64,000 nt of DNA from the human T2T-CHM13v2.0 reference genome, Homo sapiens. Made by a program: the position numbers and the translations under genes. This document shows, piece by piece, positions 1 to 15,350 of this stretch. The DNA lies in assembly GCA_009914755.4 (NCBI GenBank), contig CP068257.2:39712001-39776000 (forward strand). The letters run 5' to 3'. The notes under the pieces were generated by a model that worked only from the letters and a program-made list of their open reading frames with translations, was not told where the DNA came from and ran no database searches. The first letter of the stretch is position 1, and every line of letters begins with the position of its first letter.

Positions 1-1355
1 TGTCGGACTGAAGAGCTGTTGGAAAATCTTCTGTAAAGTCTTGGGAAGCAAAAGCTAGTAATTGAGTAGATGTGAAAGAAAGGGCAGACATTGTATGTCG
101 GTGAACACACGCCCTCAACCATCAGCTTAGGAAAGGCCCAGCTCTCTGTAGGGCGGCTGCTTTCTGTCCTTCCCCACAATCAAGGTGGGTTTTCTGAGAG
201 CCTGCTGTGTGCTGGGCATGTCCAGGAGCTAAGGAGAGACGGAGGACAAGCCCACGAGGTCCCTGCCCCTTTGGCACTGATACCCTAGTGAGGGGAGGTG
301 ACAGCTTAACGCATGAACAAATGAGATTCGAGAGAGGATGGGTGGGGAAAGCCTCTGAGAAGGAGGTGACAATTGAGAAGCATCTCAGTGAAGCAAGGGA
401 GTGGGCCATGCTGGGTTCTGAGGGCTGTGTGCCAGTTTGGGAGCATCATGACTTAGTCTACCCAGATTACTGTAAGAGAACACCATAGACTGGGGGCCTT
501 ATAAACAACGCATTTATTTCTGACAGTGTTGGAGGCTGGGAAGTTCAAGATCAAGGTACCCGCAGATTTCATGTCTGGTGGAGACCTGCATTCTGCTTCA
601 TGGATGGCTCCTTCTGGCAAACGAGGTCTCTGAAGCTCCTTTTATAAGGGCACTACTCCCATTCCTGAAGGCTTCATCTGCCAAAGGCCCCACCTCCTAA
701 CACCAGCACTCTGGGGATTAGGTTCCAACATATGAATTTCAGGGGGACACATTCAGTCCACAGCACATGAGTTGCAAACTGGGGGCCCAGAGACAGACCT
801 GTCAGAGACAAGATTTGTCTAAAAGCAAAACACATAAAATATGGACAAGTATTTCAAAATCAAGAGATCTCCCATAAAACTCCATGTTAGAGCATCTCTT
901 GAAACAGTAGAAGCTCTGATACCCCAGGCCCTCATTCCTGCAAGGCCATGATCAGCCACAGCTGGGCAGGCTGTGGTTACACAAGGGCGAGAGTATGGCC
1001 AGGACCAAAGGGATTCATCCAGTGGCCAGTAAAGTCACAGGAACAGGGAAGAAACAAGGAAAACGAGGTCCTTGTGCTTTATACATAGATTATCTGTAAG
1101 TCACACTGATCACTATGTTCTTTACTTCCTGGTTTCAATCTTATTTTACAATACACATTCTGGGACAGACTGAATTATCGCCGAAGGAAATGCCTACTGT
1201 GAAAGTCCATTTATTTATTAATTCAGCAGGTATATTTAGTAACAGCATCCCTCTCTGGGCCGTGGTCTGAGTGCACGTGTTTTAAGGTTCATCCTTTACT
1301 TCTAAGAACCTCAGAGTCTACTAGAGAAGAACTTAAAAGCCAAATCATAATGTTA

Positions 1356-1997
<642 letters not shown>

Positions 1998-4119
1998 TCA
2001 GGATCTTATTTCATGACTCAATATTTCTAGTGACTTTGCATGGATCTCCTACCCTCTGGAATAATCTTCCTCATTTATAGGAGTTAAAATGAGATCATAG
2101 TTCCCAAATCAGGAAGTATTTTTAAAAGACAGATTCCTGGACCCCACTCTGGGAAATTCAAAGCTCCCTAGGTCCAGGGTGGAAGCCAAGAACCTGTATT
2201 TATTTTAATTTGTTTTAAAACTTGGCTTCATACAGAGCCAAATTTGATCATCCTGGAACTAAACGGTCACTATGGTTTCTTTTAAATCTAAGGTTCTTTG
2301 TGATTTGTATCTAAATTTCATAAAACCTCCTCTCCACCCTTCCAAGTCCCAGTCTACATATTCCTGTGGTTACAGCATATGTGGGGAAAGCCACCAGGAG
2401 AGTCCGGACGCAAGGCTGTGCGAGCTCTATAGCTGGGTTCTCATTGCTGTCGCTACTTTCAGAGCTGGGTGAAGCAGCTATTGTATTATAAACCAGGAGC
2501 TGCTCGTGAGGATGAGGAACCAGGTGGATTTTCCTCAGCAAGAGAATAATTTCTCAGACTGAAACTGATAGCAGAAGGCTGACTGCATCCTAGGGAATGG
2601 TGTTGCTGCTGGAGGCTTTCAGTCTTAAACAAACCAGCTTTTCATGAGGCATAAGAAACAGGAGACTAAATAGAAGGTCCGCCGTTCTCCCTGGCTAGGA
2701 CACTGGCTTCTACGTAAGCCACATGAACTTTACCTTTTGATTGTTTGGGGGAAGGAATTTCAGGAAAAGCACTGAAGACCTAGATGTGGTTCTCCAGGCA
2801 GGGTTTGGAAAGAGCTGTGTTTTCCCAGGAGCTGTGTCCACCCTCCAATCCCACACTGAGTTAGGAACATGGTCTTCTTTCTTCATTCACGTGGTGACAC
2901 ATTGTGCTTCTGGGAAACGGATGGGGGACTCAGAAAGCTACTGACTCTTTTTTTAAATGACACATGGGTTCCCTGCCCACTCCCAGGCCCTGTGAGGAAA
3001 CACAAATGCCCATCTGTGTGTCACCCATAGTCACTAAAGCCACATACTCCCTGGAGGATATGAGGCACATCAAACACCTCCCTTCTGGAAAGCCCTCCTG
3101 CGCATGTCCACACGAAACAGGACTCTCACTTTGCAGAGCGCCAGGGGCTGCAAGTCTAGAAGCTGGGGAGGAGGCCATGCTCATGGCTGACGGGCTGCCA
3201 GGCCCTGGCGTGGGGACCTGCTCGTTCTGCTGCCGATCCCGTAGGGGAAGTCCCTGGGGAGAGCATCCCTATGGGACCCCCACAATGGCCCCGCTGGAGA
3301 CGCCAGCACCAGCCCTTTGGGTGAGTGTCCTGGGTCCAAGGGTGGGAGTGCTGGGCAGGCCTGTGTAGTAGGCCTGTGTACCCTGAGCCCCAGCCCCTGA
3401 GGCAGGAGGAGGAACAGGAACAAGTTAGGCTAGAACCCAGCCCACTGTTCTGCACCTGGGGCCCTTTTCACCCAAGCTCCTCGTTTCCCTTCACCTAAGT
3501 TTAGCAGCTGCTGCCTCTGCCTTGGGAACCTGTCATGGGATTGAGGCCAGGCCTGGTGCCCTTTGATCATTGCGAAGGCTCCCAGTGCCTGTTGGTGCCA
3601 GAGCCACGGAAAGCCAGAAAACAAAGAATGAGGATGTCAGGTGGGAGGAAGGCCCGGGTGCCCTGTGGCCCTTCAGCCTCCCAGGGTGCTCTTAAAAGAA
3701 ATATTTAATGCATCTGAAATAAACTTTACCTGGAAAACATTTACTGCTAGTTTTAGAATGAAAAATGTATTTTTAGGTCAAAACTGTTATTCGATATGTT
3801 TGCAGTCACAGCCCTTAGCTAAATCACAAACCACGGATTCTTTTATAAATCTTTCCACCATTTCTGGAAAGAAGTACTCCTTGGCTTTGTTATTCTCTCC
3901 TCCCTTATTAATTAAAGGTTTAACTTTGAATTTAGGCTTAACTTCTCTGTGCTTCCTGTATTGCTTTTGAGGCTTATTGACCAGAACGTGTGACTTGCAC
4001 AGGAGCCAGAATCATCCCAAAGGTTAGTAGAGGTTGGAGAAATATGAGGACCAGATATTTATACCAGTTTAGTTGCAAAGAGACCCTGCCTTATTCACCT
4101 TGCATTCCCATTTCCATTT

Positions 4120-4262
4120 GTCTTAAGATATTTTTTAATTTCCTTTTGATTTCTTCTCTGACCCATTGGTTGTTCGGGAACATGTTGTTAAATGTCTGCA
4201 TATTTGTAGATTTCCTGAAATTACTCTTGTGATTAATTTCTAGTTTCATACCCTCATGGTGG
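4120..4262 (-). mobile_element. L1 fragment (antisense of the ORF1/ORF2 junction region)
   Basis: Matches the L1 antisense consensus ...tgatttcttctctgacccattggttgttc..atgttgtt.aat...tttctagttt.ataccc. Confidence 0.55.
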
Positions 4263-5117
4263 GGATCTTCTCTTTGCCTCGTTTGTGGAGTCTTCAGACC
4301 ATTTGCTCACTTGTAATAGTTCAGCTGGCTTTACCACAAAGTAAAACTACCTTTTCTATCTTCCCTTGCTACCTCTTGTGCTAAGCTGCTGCCATACTGT
4401 TGTCCTAATGACCACACCCTCCAGGATGCAGAGGTGGTTTTATCTTTTAGGAGCCATCAGGGCCGTGGATGTGGCATGCCATCCACCTCTGTGAGTAAGT
4501 GCACCACACCTGTCAGCATGCACAGTGGGTCCGTATAGAGGCGCGAGTCCTCTTCACCCTCCAGCTGAGAGGATTCTGTATCTAGTTTACTCCGTGCAGC
4601 ATCCTGATGATGACAAGAGGAGCTGGAAGTGTTTCTGAGACACAATTCATAAGTTTCTGACAGCAGGGCCTGGTTAAACGAACCATGGAGCTGTCTTGCT
4701 GAGAACAGCACTGCCCACGGGAAAGTGGACAGGTCTGTGCGCTTGTGAAGGGAACAGGTCACGTACACTAAAGGGGAGCGCGGGCTCCAGGGAGGATTCC
4801 TGAGTATTCCCACTCATGTATTCTCTCTGAATTGAGTACCCATACACAGGGTGTCTGCAAAGTTGGAAACCAGGACACACCTACTTTTAAACTGTTAGTT
4901 ACATTTTCAAATGCTATATTCAACGTGTTTTCAGGCGAATACCTAGGTAATGAGTATAATTATTAAATTGAAAAAAGGTACTAAAGACAGAGTGTCCAAA
5001 AATCTAGAAACACTGGAAAAAATAGTCCATTTATAGCACGTTTTCATATGAGCAATTGGACGTTTGCTTTAAATTTGGGTATCTGGAGACTGACCAAAAA
5101 AAAAAACATTAAGTTAA

Positions 5118-5288
<171 letters not shown>

Positions 5289-6162
5289 TAAGAAGAATAA
5301 ATTAAAACAGGGAGTGGGGCTAGGTGGTATTGGGGTGAGCTGGAGTGTTGAGATGAGACGGGGCAGTCAAGGAGGAAGGTCTGAAGGAGGGGAGCCAGCC
5401 TGCAGGGTTGGTGTGAGCACTCCCAGGAGAGCTCTGTGTTTTCACCTACTGGGGACGGAGGACTGTGGTCACCAAAAAAACCCAGACCACGTCCAGCTCG
5501 GCCCTGGCAGCTTGCTCTGATGTCGCAGCACTTCTGTGTGCCCAGTTTTCTCCAGCAGGCCCTTCCAGCACCAGTGCTGTTCACCCTGGTCATGATAGCT
5601 TTTATCTTTAATTAATTCGTTGACAGCATGTGTTGATATACGTATACGTTGTGGAATGGCTGAATCAAGCCACTTAACATGCATCACCTCACATATTTAG
5701 CATTTTTATGCGATGAAAACACTTAAAATCTACTCTCATGGTGATTTTCGTGTATACAATACAGTAGTTCCCCCCACTTATCTGTGGTTTTGCTTTCTCT
5801 GATTTCACTTACCCTTGGCCATTCACAGTCCAAATATACTAAATGGAAAACTCCAGAAAAAAGCAATTTATATGTTTTAAATTGTGTGTCATTTTGATTA
5901 GTGTGATGTAATCTCACACCTTCTCGCCTTGTCCTGCCTCATCCCACGGGGGACGTGAATCCTCCCTTTGTCCAGCATCTCTGTGCTGCACACACTCCCT
6001 GCCTATTAGTCACTTAGGAGCCAGCCTGGTCATCAGATTGACTGTCACAGTATCTGTGTTCAAGTCACCTTTATTTTACTGAATAATGGCTCCACAGAGC
6101 AAGAGTAGAGGTGCTGGCAACTTGGATACGCCAAAGAGAAGCCGGAAAGTGTTTTCTTTCTT

Positions 6163-6483
<321 letters not shown>

Positions 6484-6754
6484 TGAAAAGGTGAAAGCTC
6501 TTGATTTCATAAGGAAAGAAAAAAATCATTTGCTGAATTTGCTAAGAACTCCAGTAAATACAGTAAGATATTTTGAGAGAGACCACATTCACATAACTTT
6601 ATTAGAGTTAGTTGTTGTTAATTTCTTACTCCAACTAATTTATAAATTAAACTATATTGTTAATTGTTGTTAATCTCTTACTCTGCCTAATTTGTAAACT
6701 AACCTTTATCATAGTTATGTCTGTATAGGAAAAAAAAAAAAAAAAAACATAATA

Positions 6755-7075
6755 CAGGTACAGCATCCCAAATCTGAAAACACACAATCTGAAATGCTTC
6801 AAAATCCAAAACTTTTTGAGCAGCGACATGACACTCCAAGGAAATATTCATCAGAGCGTTTTGGATTTTGGATTTTCAGGTTGGGGGATGTTCAACTGGT
6901 AAGTATAATGCAAACATTCCAAGATCCAACAAAAATTTGTAACACTGCTGGTCCCAAGCATTTTGGATAAGGTATACCCAACTGGTATATATAGGGTTCT
7001 GTACTATTTGTGGCTTCATGCATCCACTCGGCATCTTGGAATGTACCCCTTGTGAATAACAGGAGGACCACTGTA
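6755..7075 (+). mobile_element. Old L1 (L1M-type) 3'UTR-like segment
   Basis: Motifs ...aaatgcttcaaaatccaaaactttttgagcagcgacatga...ttttggattttggattttcagg...ggtcccaagcattttggataagg..., recalled from L1M 3' ends. Orientation and family are uncertain. Confidence 0.35.
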
Positions 7076-9854
7076 TATTGTTATTAACTGTAGTCACCAT
7101 GATGTGCAATGGATCTCTTGAACTTATTCCTCCTGTGTAGCTGAAACTTTGTACATTTTGACCAACATCTTCCCAAACCCCTGAACCTCTGGCCACTGGT
7201 AAGTACCATTCTCCTCTCACCATCCTGCTCTTTGCTTCTATGAGTTCAACTTGTTTACATTCCACATGTGGGTGAGAACACGTGGTAGTTGTCTTTCTGT
7301 GGGTGCGTTATTTCTGTTAGCATACTGTCCTCCATGTTCATCTACATTGTCACAAATGACAAGATTTCCTTCTCTTTTAGGCTGAATAGTATTCTATTGT
7401 GCACTCTGTTATACCACATTTTCCTTATTCATTCATTCATCGATGGGCACATAGATTGATTCTGTATTTGGCTATTGTGAATAATGCTGCAGTGAACCTG
7501 GGAGTGCAGATCTCTCTTTGACATACTGATTTCATATCCTTTGGATATATGCTCAGATGTGAGATTGCTTTATCATATATTCTACTTTCAATTATTTGAG
7601 GAATCTCCATACTGTTTTTCCATAATGGTTATACTAACCTACATTCCACCAATAGCATATAGGGTTTTCTTTGCTCCACATCTTCACCAACACTCATTAT
7701 CTTTCCTGTTATTAGTAATAGCCATTCTAACAGGTGTGAGCTGATATCTCCTCATGCGTTTGCATTGCCCTGATTATTAGTAATATTGAACATGTTTTCA
7801 TATACGTTTTAGTTATTTGTATGTCTTCTTTGGAAAAATCTTTATTCAAGTTCTTTATCCATTTTTCAATCATGTTTTTTATTTGTTTTCTTGTTATTGG
7901 TTCTTTGGGTTCCTTGTATGTTTTGGATATTAATCACTTATCAGATTTACACTTTGCAAATATTTTCTCCCATTTTGTAGGTTGTCTCTTCACTCCGCTG
8001 ATTGTTTCCTCTGCTGTGCAGAAGCTTTTTGGCTTGATGTAATTCCCTTTGCCTGTTTTTGCTTGTGTTGCCTGTGCTTTTAGGGCATATTCCCCAAATC
8101 ATTGCCCAAACCAACATCATGGAGCTTTTCCCTTATATTTTATCTAGTAATTTCATGGTTTCAGGTTTTATGGTTAAGTCATTAATTTATTTTGAGTTGA
8201 CTTTTTATGTGGTGTGAGATGAGGATCTAATTTCATTCTTCTGCATATGGATATCCAGTTTTCCCAATACCATTTATTGAAGAGACTGTCCTTTCTCCAT
8301 CAACTTGAGTTGATGTTATGAAGTTAACTGTGAGCTTTTCATATGTGGTCTTTATTGTGTTAAGGAACATTCCTTTATCATGAAAGGATTTCAATTTTGT
8401 CAAATTCTTTTCTTGCTTCTGTTTTCTGTCTAAACCATATGACATTATCATACAGTTTTTGTCCTTCATTCTGTTGATGTGGTAATCACATTATTGATTT
8501 GTGTATGTTGAATCATACTTGCATCTGTCCTTGCAAGGACAGATCCCACTTGGTCATGGCAATTTCGTTTGGATATTTGGCCCTGCCCAAATCTCATTTG
8601 GAATTGTAATTCCCAGTGCTGGAGGTGGAGCCTGGAGGGAGGTATTTGGATGATGAGGGTGCATGCCTCATGGCTTGGTGCTGCCTTCACGATAGTGAGT
8701 TCTTGTGAGATCTGGTCATTTAAAAGTGTGTGGCATCTCCCCCTGCCGCTCTATCTCACTTGCTCCTGTTTTCACCATGTGACATGCCTGCTCCCCTTCA
8801 CCTTCCACCATGATTGTGATTGTAAGCTTCCTGAGGCCTCCCTAGAAGTTAAGCAGATGCCAGTACCAAGCTTTCTTTAAAGCCTGCAGGACCATGAGCC
8901 AATTAAACCTCTTTATAAATTACTCAATCTTAGATATTTCTTTATAGCAATGCAAGAATGGACTAATACACATGGTGAATGATTTTTTTAATAGCTTGTT
9001 GAATTCAGTTTGCTAGTATTAATATTTTGTTGAGGAATTTGGCATCTACGTTCATCCGGGATATTGACCTACACTTTTATTTTCTTGTAGTGCCCTTGTC
9101 TGGCTTTGGTATCAGGGTAATGCTGGCCTCATAAAGTGAGTTTGGAAGCATTCCCTCCTCTTCAATTTTTTGGAAGAGTTTGAAATTGATTGGTATTAGT
9201 TCTTTAATTGGTTGGTAAAATTCAGCCATGAAGCCATCTGGTCCTGGGATTTTTTTTGATGAGAGACTTTTTATTACTGACTTCGTCTCCTCACATTTAT
9301 TGGTCTGTTCCTTTTTTCGGTGTATAATTGTCCACAATAGTCTCTTACGATACTTCAGTGTGTCTGTGGTATCAGCGGTGATATCTGCTCTTTCATTACT
9401 GATTTTATTTGAGTCTTCTCTTTCTTTTTTTCTCAGTCTAGCTAAGAGTTTGTCAATTTTATCTCTTTTCAAAAAAACCAAGTCTGTTTTTTTGGCCTTT
9501 TCTATTGTTTTTCTAGTCTCCATTTCATATACTTCTATTATGATTGTTGTCATTTTTTTCATTCTGCTAACTTTGGGCTTAGTTTGTTCTTCATTTTCTA
9601 TTTTCTTGATGTATAACCTTAGGTTGTTTATGTGAGACCTTTTTTTAATGTACGCATTTATTACCATAAACTCCTCTGTTAGAACTGTTTTGCTGTATGT
9701 CGTAAGTTTTGATATGTTGTGTTTCTGGTTTTTTTTTTTTTTGTCTCAAGATAGTTTTTAATCTCCCTTTTAATTTCTTCTTTGATCCATTGGCCGTTCA
9801 GAAGCCAGTGTTGTTTGATTTCTACATATTTTTGAATTTTCTGAAATTACTTTT
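7075..9854 (-). mobile_element. L1 (L1M/L1P class), minus orientation. 3'UTR at the low-coordinate end through an ORF2 N-terminal remnant (minus ORF 9077..9667). Interrupted by a solo MaLR LTR at 8566-8966.
   Basis: + strand shows classic L1 antisense sequence. The minus-strand ORF 9077..9667 translates to L1 ORF2 endonuclease-region peptides (…[43 protein letters not shown]…). Confidence 0.8.
8566..8966 (+). mobile_element. Solo MaLR LTR (MST/THE1 family) inserted into the L1
   Basis: ...GCCCTGCCCAAATCTCATTTGGAATTGTAATTCCCAGTGCTGGAGGTGG...CCATGATTGT..GCCTCCC.AGAAG...AATTACTCAATCTTAGATATTTCTTTATAGCAATGCAAGAATGGACTAATACA. L1 antisense sequence resumes on both sides. Confidence 0.65.
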
Positions 9855-12313
9855 TGATATGGCTTGAATCTGTGTCCTCACCAAATCTCATGTTGAATTG
9901 TAATCCTCAATGCTGGAGATGGGGCCTGGTGAAATGTGATTGGATCATGGGAGTGGATTTCTTATGAATGGTTTAGCACCATCTTCTTGGTGCTGTTCTC
10001 ATGATAATGAGTGAGTTCTCATGAGATCTTGTTGTTCAAAAATGTGTGGTACCTCCCTCTTCTCTCTCTTGTTTCTGCTCTGGCCATGTGATATGCCTGC
10101 TACCCCTTTGGCTTCTGCCATGATTGTAAGTTTCCTGGGGCCTCCCCAGAAGCTGAGAAGATGCCAGCATTATACTTCTTGTACAGCCTGTGGAATCGTG
10201 AGACAATTAAAACCCTTTTCTTTCTAAATTACCCAGTCTCAGATATTTCTTTCTGGCAGTGCAAGAATGGACTAATACAGAACATTGGTACATAGGAGTG
10301 GAGCATTGCTATAAAGATATATGAAAATAAGGAAGCAGCTTTGGAACTGGGTAACAGGCAGAGGTTGGAGAGTTTGGAGGCTCAGAAGACAAGAAGATGA
10401 GGGAAAGTTTGGAACTTCCTAGAGACTAGTTGAATGTTTGTGACCAAAATGCTGATAATGAGATGGATGGTGAAGGCCAGGTTGATGAAGTCTCAGATGG
10501 AAATGAGGAACTTATTGGGAAATGGAGCAAAGGTCACTTTTATTATACCTTAGCAAAGAGCTTGGCTGCATTGTGCCCCTGACCTAGGGATCTGTGGAAC
10601 TCTGACCTTGACAGTGATCATTTAGGGTATCTGATGGAATAAATTTCTAAGCAGCAAAGCATTTAAGATATGGCCTGGCTGCTTCTAATAACCTGCGCTT
10701 ATAAGTGTGAGCAAAGAAATGACCTAAAGTTGGAAATTATATTTAAAGGGGAAGCAGAGCATAAAAGTTTGGAAAATGTGCAGCCTGGCCATGTGGTAGA
10801 AAAGAAAAGCCTGTTTTCACAGGAGGAATTCAAGCAGGCTGCAGAAATTTGCATAAGTAAAAAGAAGCCAAGTGCTATTAGCCAAGACAATGGGAAAAAG
10901 TCTCCAAAGGCATTTCAAAGACCTTTGCAGCTGCCCCTCTTGTCACACAGGCCCAGAGGGTTAAGAATACAGAATGGTTTCATGGGTCAGCCCCAGGGCC
11001 CCACTAACCTGTTCAGCTTCTAGACACTGTTCCCTGCATCTCAGCAGCTCTAGTTTCAGCCATGGCTCAAAGGGGCCCAGGTATAGCTCAAGCTGCTGCT
11101 TCAGAGGGTGCAGGCCATAAGCCTGGGGGGTATTCACATGATATTAAGCCTGCAGGTGCACAGAATGCAAGAGTTAATGCTTGGGAGGCTCCACCTAGAT
11201 TTCAGAGACTATATGGGAAATCCTGAGTGCTCAAGCAGAAGCTGCTGCTGGGGCAGAACCTCTACTAGAACAGTGCAAAGGGGAAATGTGGGGTTTGAGC
11301 CTTCACACTAGTCCCCACTGGAGCACTGCCTAGTGGAGCTGTGGGAAGAGGGCCACCATCCTCCAGACCCCAGAGGGGCAGATCCTGGCAGCTTGCACCC
11401 TCAGCATGGAAAAGCCACAGAAACTTAATGCCAGTTTGTGAGAGCAGCCTCAGGGACTGAGCCTTGCAAAGCCACTGGGGTGGAACCAGCTGCCCAAGGC
11501 CTTGAGAGTCCACCCCTCACACCAGTGTATGCTGGATGTGAGACATGGAGTCAAAGGAGATTGTTTTGGAGCTTTTAAGATTTGATAACTGCCCTGCTGG
11601 GTTTTGGACTCGTGTGGGGCCTGTAGCCTCTTTCTTTTGGCTGATTTTTTGCCTTTTAAAGTGGAAATATTTTACCCACTGCTTGTACCTCCATTGTGTC
11701 TTGGAAGTAAATAACTTCTTTTTGATTTTACAGGCTTGTAGGTGGAAGAGATTTGCCTTGTCCCAGATGAGACTTGGGACTTTGGACTTTTGAGTTAATG
11801 CTGGAGTGATTTTGGACTTTGGGGGACTATTGGGAAGGCATCATTGTATTTTGCAATGTGAGAAGGACAAGATATTTGGGGGACCAGGGGCAAAATGATG
11901 TGATTTGCATTTGTGTCCCCAGCAAAATCTCATGTCAAATTTTGCTCCCTGTTGTTGGAGGTGGGGCATGGTGGGAGGTGTTTGGATCACGGGAGTGGAT
12001 TCCTCACGAGTGGTTTAGCACCATCCCCCTGAGGCAGTGCTCATAACAGTGAATTTTCATGAGACGTGGTTGTTTAAAAGTGTGTGGCGCCTCCTTCCCA
12101 CCCTCACTCTCTATTGCTCCTGCTCTGGCCATGCTCCCGCTTTGCCTTCCACCATGATTGTAAGTTTCCTGAGGCCTCCCCAGAAGCTCAGCAGATGCTA
12201 GCACCATGCTTCCTTTACAGCCTGCAGAACCATGAGCCAATTAAATCTCTTTTCTTTATAAATGACCCAGTCTCAGGTATTTCTTTATAGCAATGGGATA
12301 GCGGCCTAATATA
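9855..12313 (+). mobile_element. Complete MaLR (ERVL-MaLR, MSTA-like) element: 5' LTR 9855-10280, internal region 10281-11895, 3' LTR 11896-12313. Inserted into the minus-strand L1.
   Basis: Both LTRs start TGATATGGCTTGAATCTGTGTCC.. / TGATGTGATTTGCATTTGTGTCCCCAGCAAAATCTCATG.. and end ..GACTAATACAG / ..GGCCTAATATAC. The internal region matches THE1/MST-int (…ctataaagatat..gaaaataaggaag...ggaactgggtaacaggcagaggttgga…). L1 antisense sequence flanks both ends. Confidence 0.75.
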
Positions 12314-12562
12314 CTTCTATTATTGATTTCTAGTTTCATACCATGGTAGTAGGAAAAGATACTTGATGCAATTTCAGTCTTCTTACATTTATTAAGTTTT
12401 GTTTTGTGACCTAACACATGGTCTGTCCTGGAAGACATTCCATGTGTGCTTGAGAAGAATGGATATTTTGTTGCTGCTGGATGGAATGCTCTGTATGTCT
12501 ATTAGATGCTTTTGGTGTAAAGAGCAATTCAAGTCTCCTCTACCCAGTGTTGATGTCCCACC
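12314..12562 (-). mobile_element. L1 (continuation of the same minus-strand L1, 5' region antisense)
   Basis: atttctagtttcatacc...gatacttgatgcaatttcagtcttcttacatttattaagttttgttttgtgacctaacacatggtctgtcctggaagacattccatgtg matches L1 antisense. Confidence 0.7.
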
Positions 12563-13249
<687 letters not shown>

Positions 13250-13250
<1 letters not shown>

Positions 13251-13760
13251 TGTCTATTGTTGAAAGTGGGGTATTGACATTCACTACTATTATTGTATTA
13301 CAGTTTATCTCTGCCTTCAGATCTCTTAATTTTTGCATTTAGGTGCTCTGATGTTTGGTGCATACATACACACACACAATTGTTATGTCTTCTTGATGAA
13401 TTCACTCCTTTATTATCATATAATTACCATCTTTGTCTTTTTTAAAAGTTTGACTTGAAGTCTATTTAAACTGATGTAAATATAGCTATCCCTGCTCTCT
13501 TTTGGTTTCCATTTGCATGGAGTGTTTTTTCCATCCTTTCGCTTTCAACCTATACATTTTTTAAATCTGTCGAGCTCATCTGTGTCTTTTGATTACAGAA
13601 TTTAATTCATTTACATTTGTGGTAATTATTGATAGATAAGGCTTTACTACTTCCATTTTGTTCATTGTTTCCTGGTTGTTTTGTAGGTCCTTCTTTCCTT
13701 TGATTCTTTACTTGTGATATTTTATGTATAATCTACCATTTTGCTGACTATACTTCTTAG
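13250..13760 (-). mobile_element. L1 (same minus-strand L1, ORF1/5' region antisense)
   Basis: ctgtctattgttgaaagtggggtattgac...ctctgccttcagatctcttaatttttgcatttaggtgctctgatgtttggtgcatacata...ctctcttttggtttccatttgcatgga...ttacatttgtggtaattattgataga. Confidence 0.75.
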
Positions 13761-13864
13761 TTTAAGGTGCTAAGAGTACAGTAATTCATAAAATAGAGCC
13801 AAGTCTCTACTCAAACTTAAGGTGAGAGAGTGAGAGAGTGCTTTCTGAATTCCTTTCTGCAGAC

Positions 13865-14024
13865 TTAGGATTTAAATCTGAAGTGAGCACAGCACTGTGG
13901 GTTCTATGGGTGATGATAGACAACTACTCGGGGATCTGAGTGGGATCAGTAGTGATGCAGTGAAAGATGTGTGGGGGCTGTGGGGGCATGGGAGCCTCAG
14001 GGGTGTTCAGGGCCAGGTGGGCTC
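13865..14024 (+). repeat. Low-copy direct duplication, copy 1 (160 bp). Partner at 15351-15511.
   Basis: TTAGGATTTAAATCTGAAGTGAGCACAGC.CTGTGGGTTCTA.GGGTGATGATAGACAA.TACT...GCCTCAGGGGTGTTC.GGGCCAG.TGGGCTC is shared by both copies at ~90% identity. Confidence 0.8.
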
Positions 14025-14194
14025 CTCGCATTCCAGCCTCAGGTCCCTCAATCCTCCCAAATTGCTGACCCCTGTGAAATAAGGATGCTGATGCTAGGAG
14101 AGATATCTCCAGGATCTGACATCATAGCGTCCTGGGCAAAAAGCTCAGTTCCTCACACTCAAGTGAAAGGAGAGTGGGTCAGCTGTGGTGGTCA

Positions 14195-14560
14195 GGTGTA
14201 TGTGGTATAGAGTGTATGTGTGACTGTGTGTGATATGGTATGTGTTGGGGGAGGGGATGTGTGTGGGAGTGGTGTGGTGCGTGTGTGTACATGTATGGTG
14301 TGTGTGTCTATATGGTATGGTGTGCATGCGTGTGTGGTGAGTACATGGTGTGTGTGTGAGATGTGCAGTATGTTGTATGTTGTGTGTGAATGTGTGCTGT
14401 ATATGGTCTGTGTGTGTGTGATACATCATGTGGTATGTGTGCATGAATGTGTGGTGTGGGTGTCAGTGTGTTGAGCATGTGGTGTGTTGTATGATATGTA
14501 TGGTGTGTATGTTTATAGTGTATGTGGCATGTTGTGTGATGTGTGTGTGTTTAGGGTGTC
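14195..14560. repeat. Imperfect GT/TG-rich microsatellite-like tract (GTGTGT, TGTATG variants)
   Basis: Direct inspection. It generates the low-complexity minus ORF 14145..14444 (His/Thr-rich). Confidence 0.8.
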
Positions 14561-14975
14561 TAAGGCTGTGTAGATGCAGAAGCTTTATAGATGCTCCACA
14601 GATGGCTGTCTTTGCTCACCAGCTCTCTTAGACCCCTGTAATCTTTCTTTTATTGTATTGCAAATTACATTGCCCACCAAGAATGTCACAATGGGCAGCC
14701 ATGGGCAGTGATTCCCAGCCCTTATGAAATTGTTACGCCTACTCAGTACCCCTCTCCTTCTTTGCTTATTTGTCACTTTAAAATGAAATCAGATTCAGTG
14801 AGCTTTGTGTCTTTAGGGGAATTCTCAGTGAAGTCTGGAAACCCTCCCCCCTCAGGTTTTCCGACCGCTGCTTGGAGTTTCTGGTATGAAGTGCTGGTGT
14901 TCTCCGCCAAGCAGCAGGTGCATCTGTAAATTACTGTGGGATGTTAATGGCTATATACTTTCTTATTCATTACAG

Positions 14976-15099
14976 CTCCAGTCCCCAAAAGGCAAAAATG
15001 TGACCACTGGACTCCCTGCCCATCTGACACCTATGCCTACAGGTTACTCAGCGGAGGTGGCAGAAGCAAGTACGCCAAAATCTGCTTTGAGGATAACCT
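14976..15099 (+). CDS. FAM3B: FAM3B coding exon (aa [42 protein letters not shown]). Phase-1 acceptor after tcattacag, donor CT|GTAAGT.
   Basis: Translation in frame matches FAM3B/PANDER protein from memory. Flanked by a consensus acceptor (polypyrimidine + AG) and a perfect GTAAGT donor. Reading frame is continuous with the next exon. Confidence 0.85.
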
Positions 15100-15350
15100 G
15101 TAAGTACCAGCGTTTAGAAGGAAAATAAAGCGATCCTACTGATTCTTGCCCCTTCCCTGAGGCTGACCAAGCAGCAGTTCTGCCCACAGGAGAGAACCAT
15201 ATGTCGTTGGTCTCAGGCAAAAGGCTGAGAGCATCCGAGTGGAAATGAGAAAGCTCCGCTGTATTCACCAGGGAAGGAGCTGATTGTCTGTAATGGCTGT
15301 ATGTGTCTTGTGTTTAATGGTTTTACGGTTTCGTTTGACTGCAGTTGTAC

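Noticed and set aside
9077-9667. 196-aa minus ORF with clear protein similarity
   Set aside because: It is the L1 ORF2 endonuclease-region remnant inside a degraded, insertion-riddled L1. It is a transposon relic, not a cellular gene.
14145-14444. 99-aa His/Thr-rich minus ORF and Cys/Val-rich + ORFs
   Set aside because: Translation of the degenerate GT/TG microsatellite. Low complexity.
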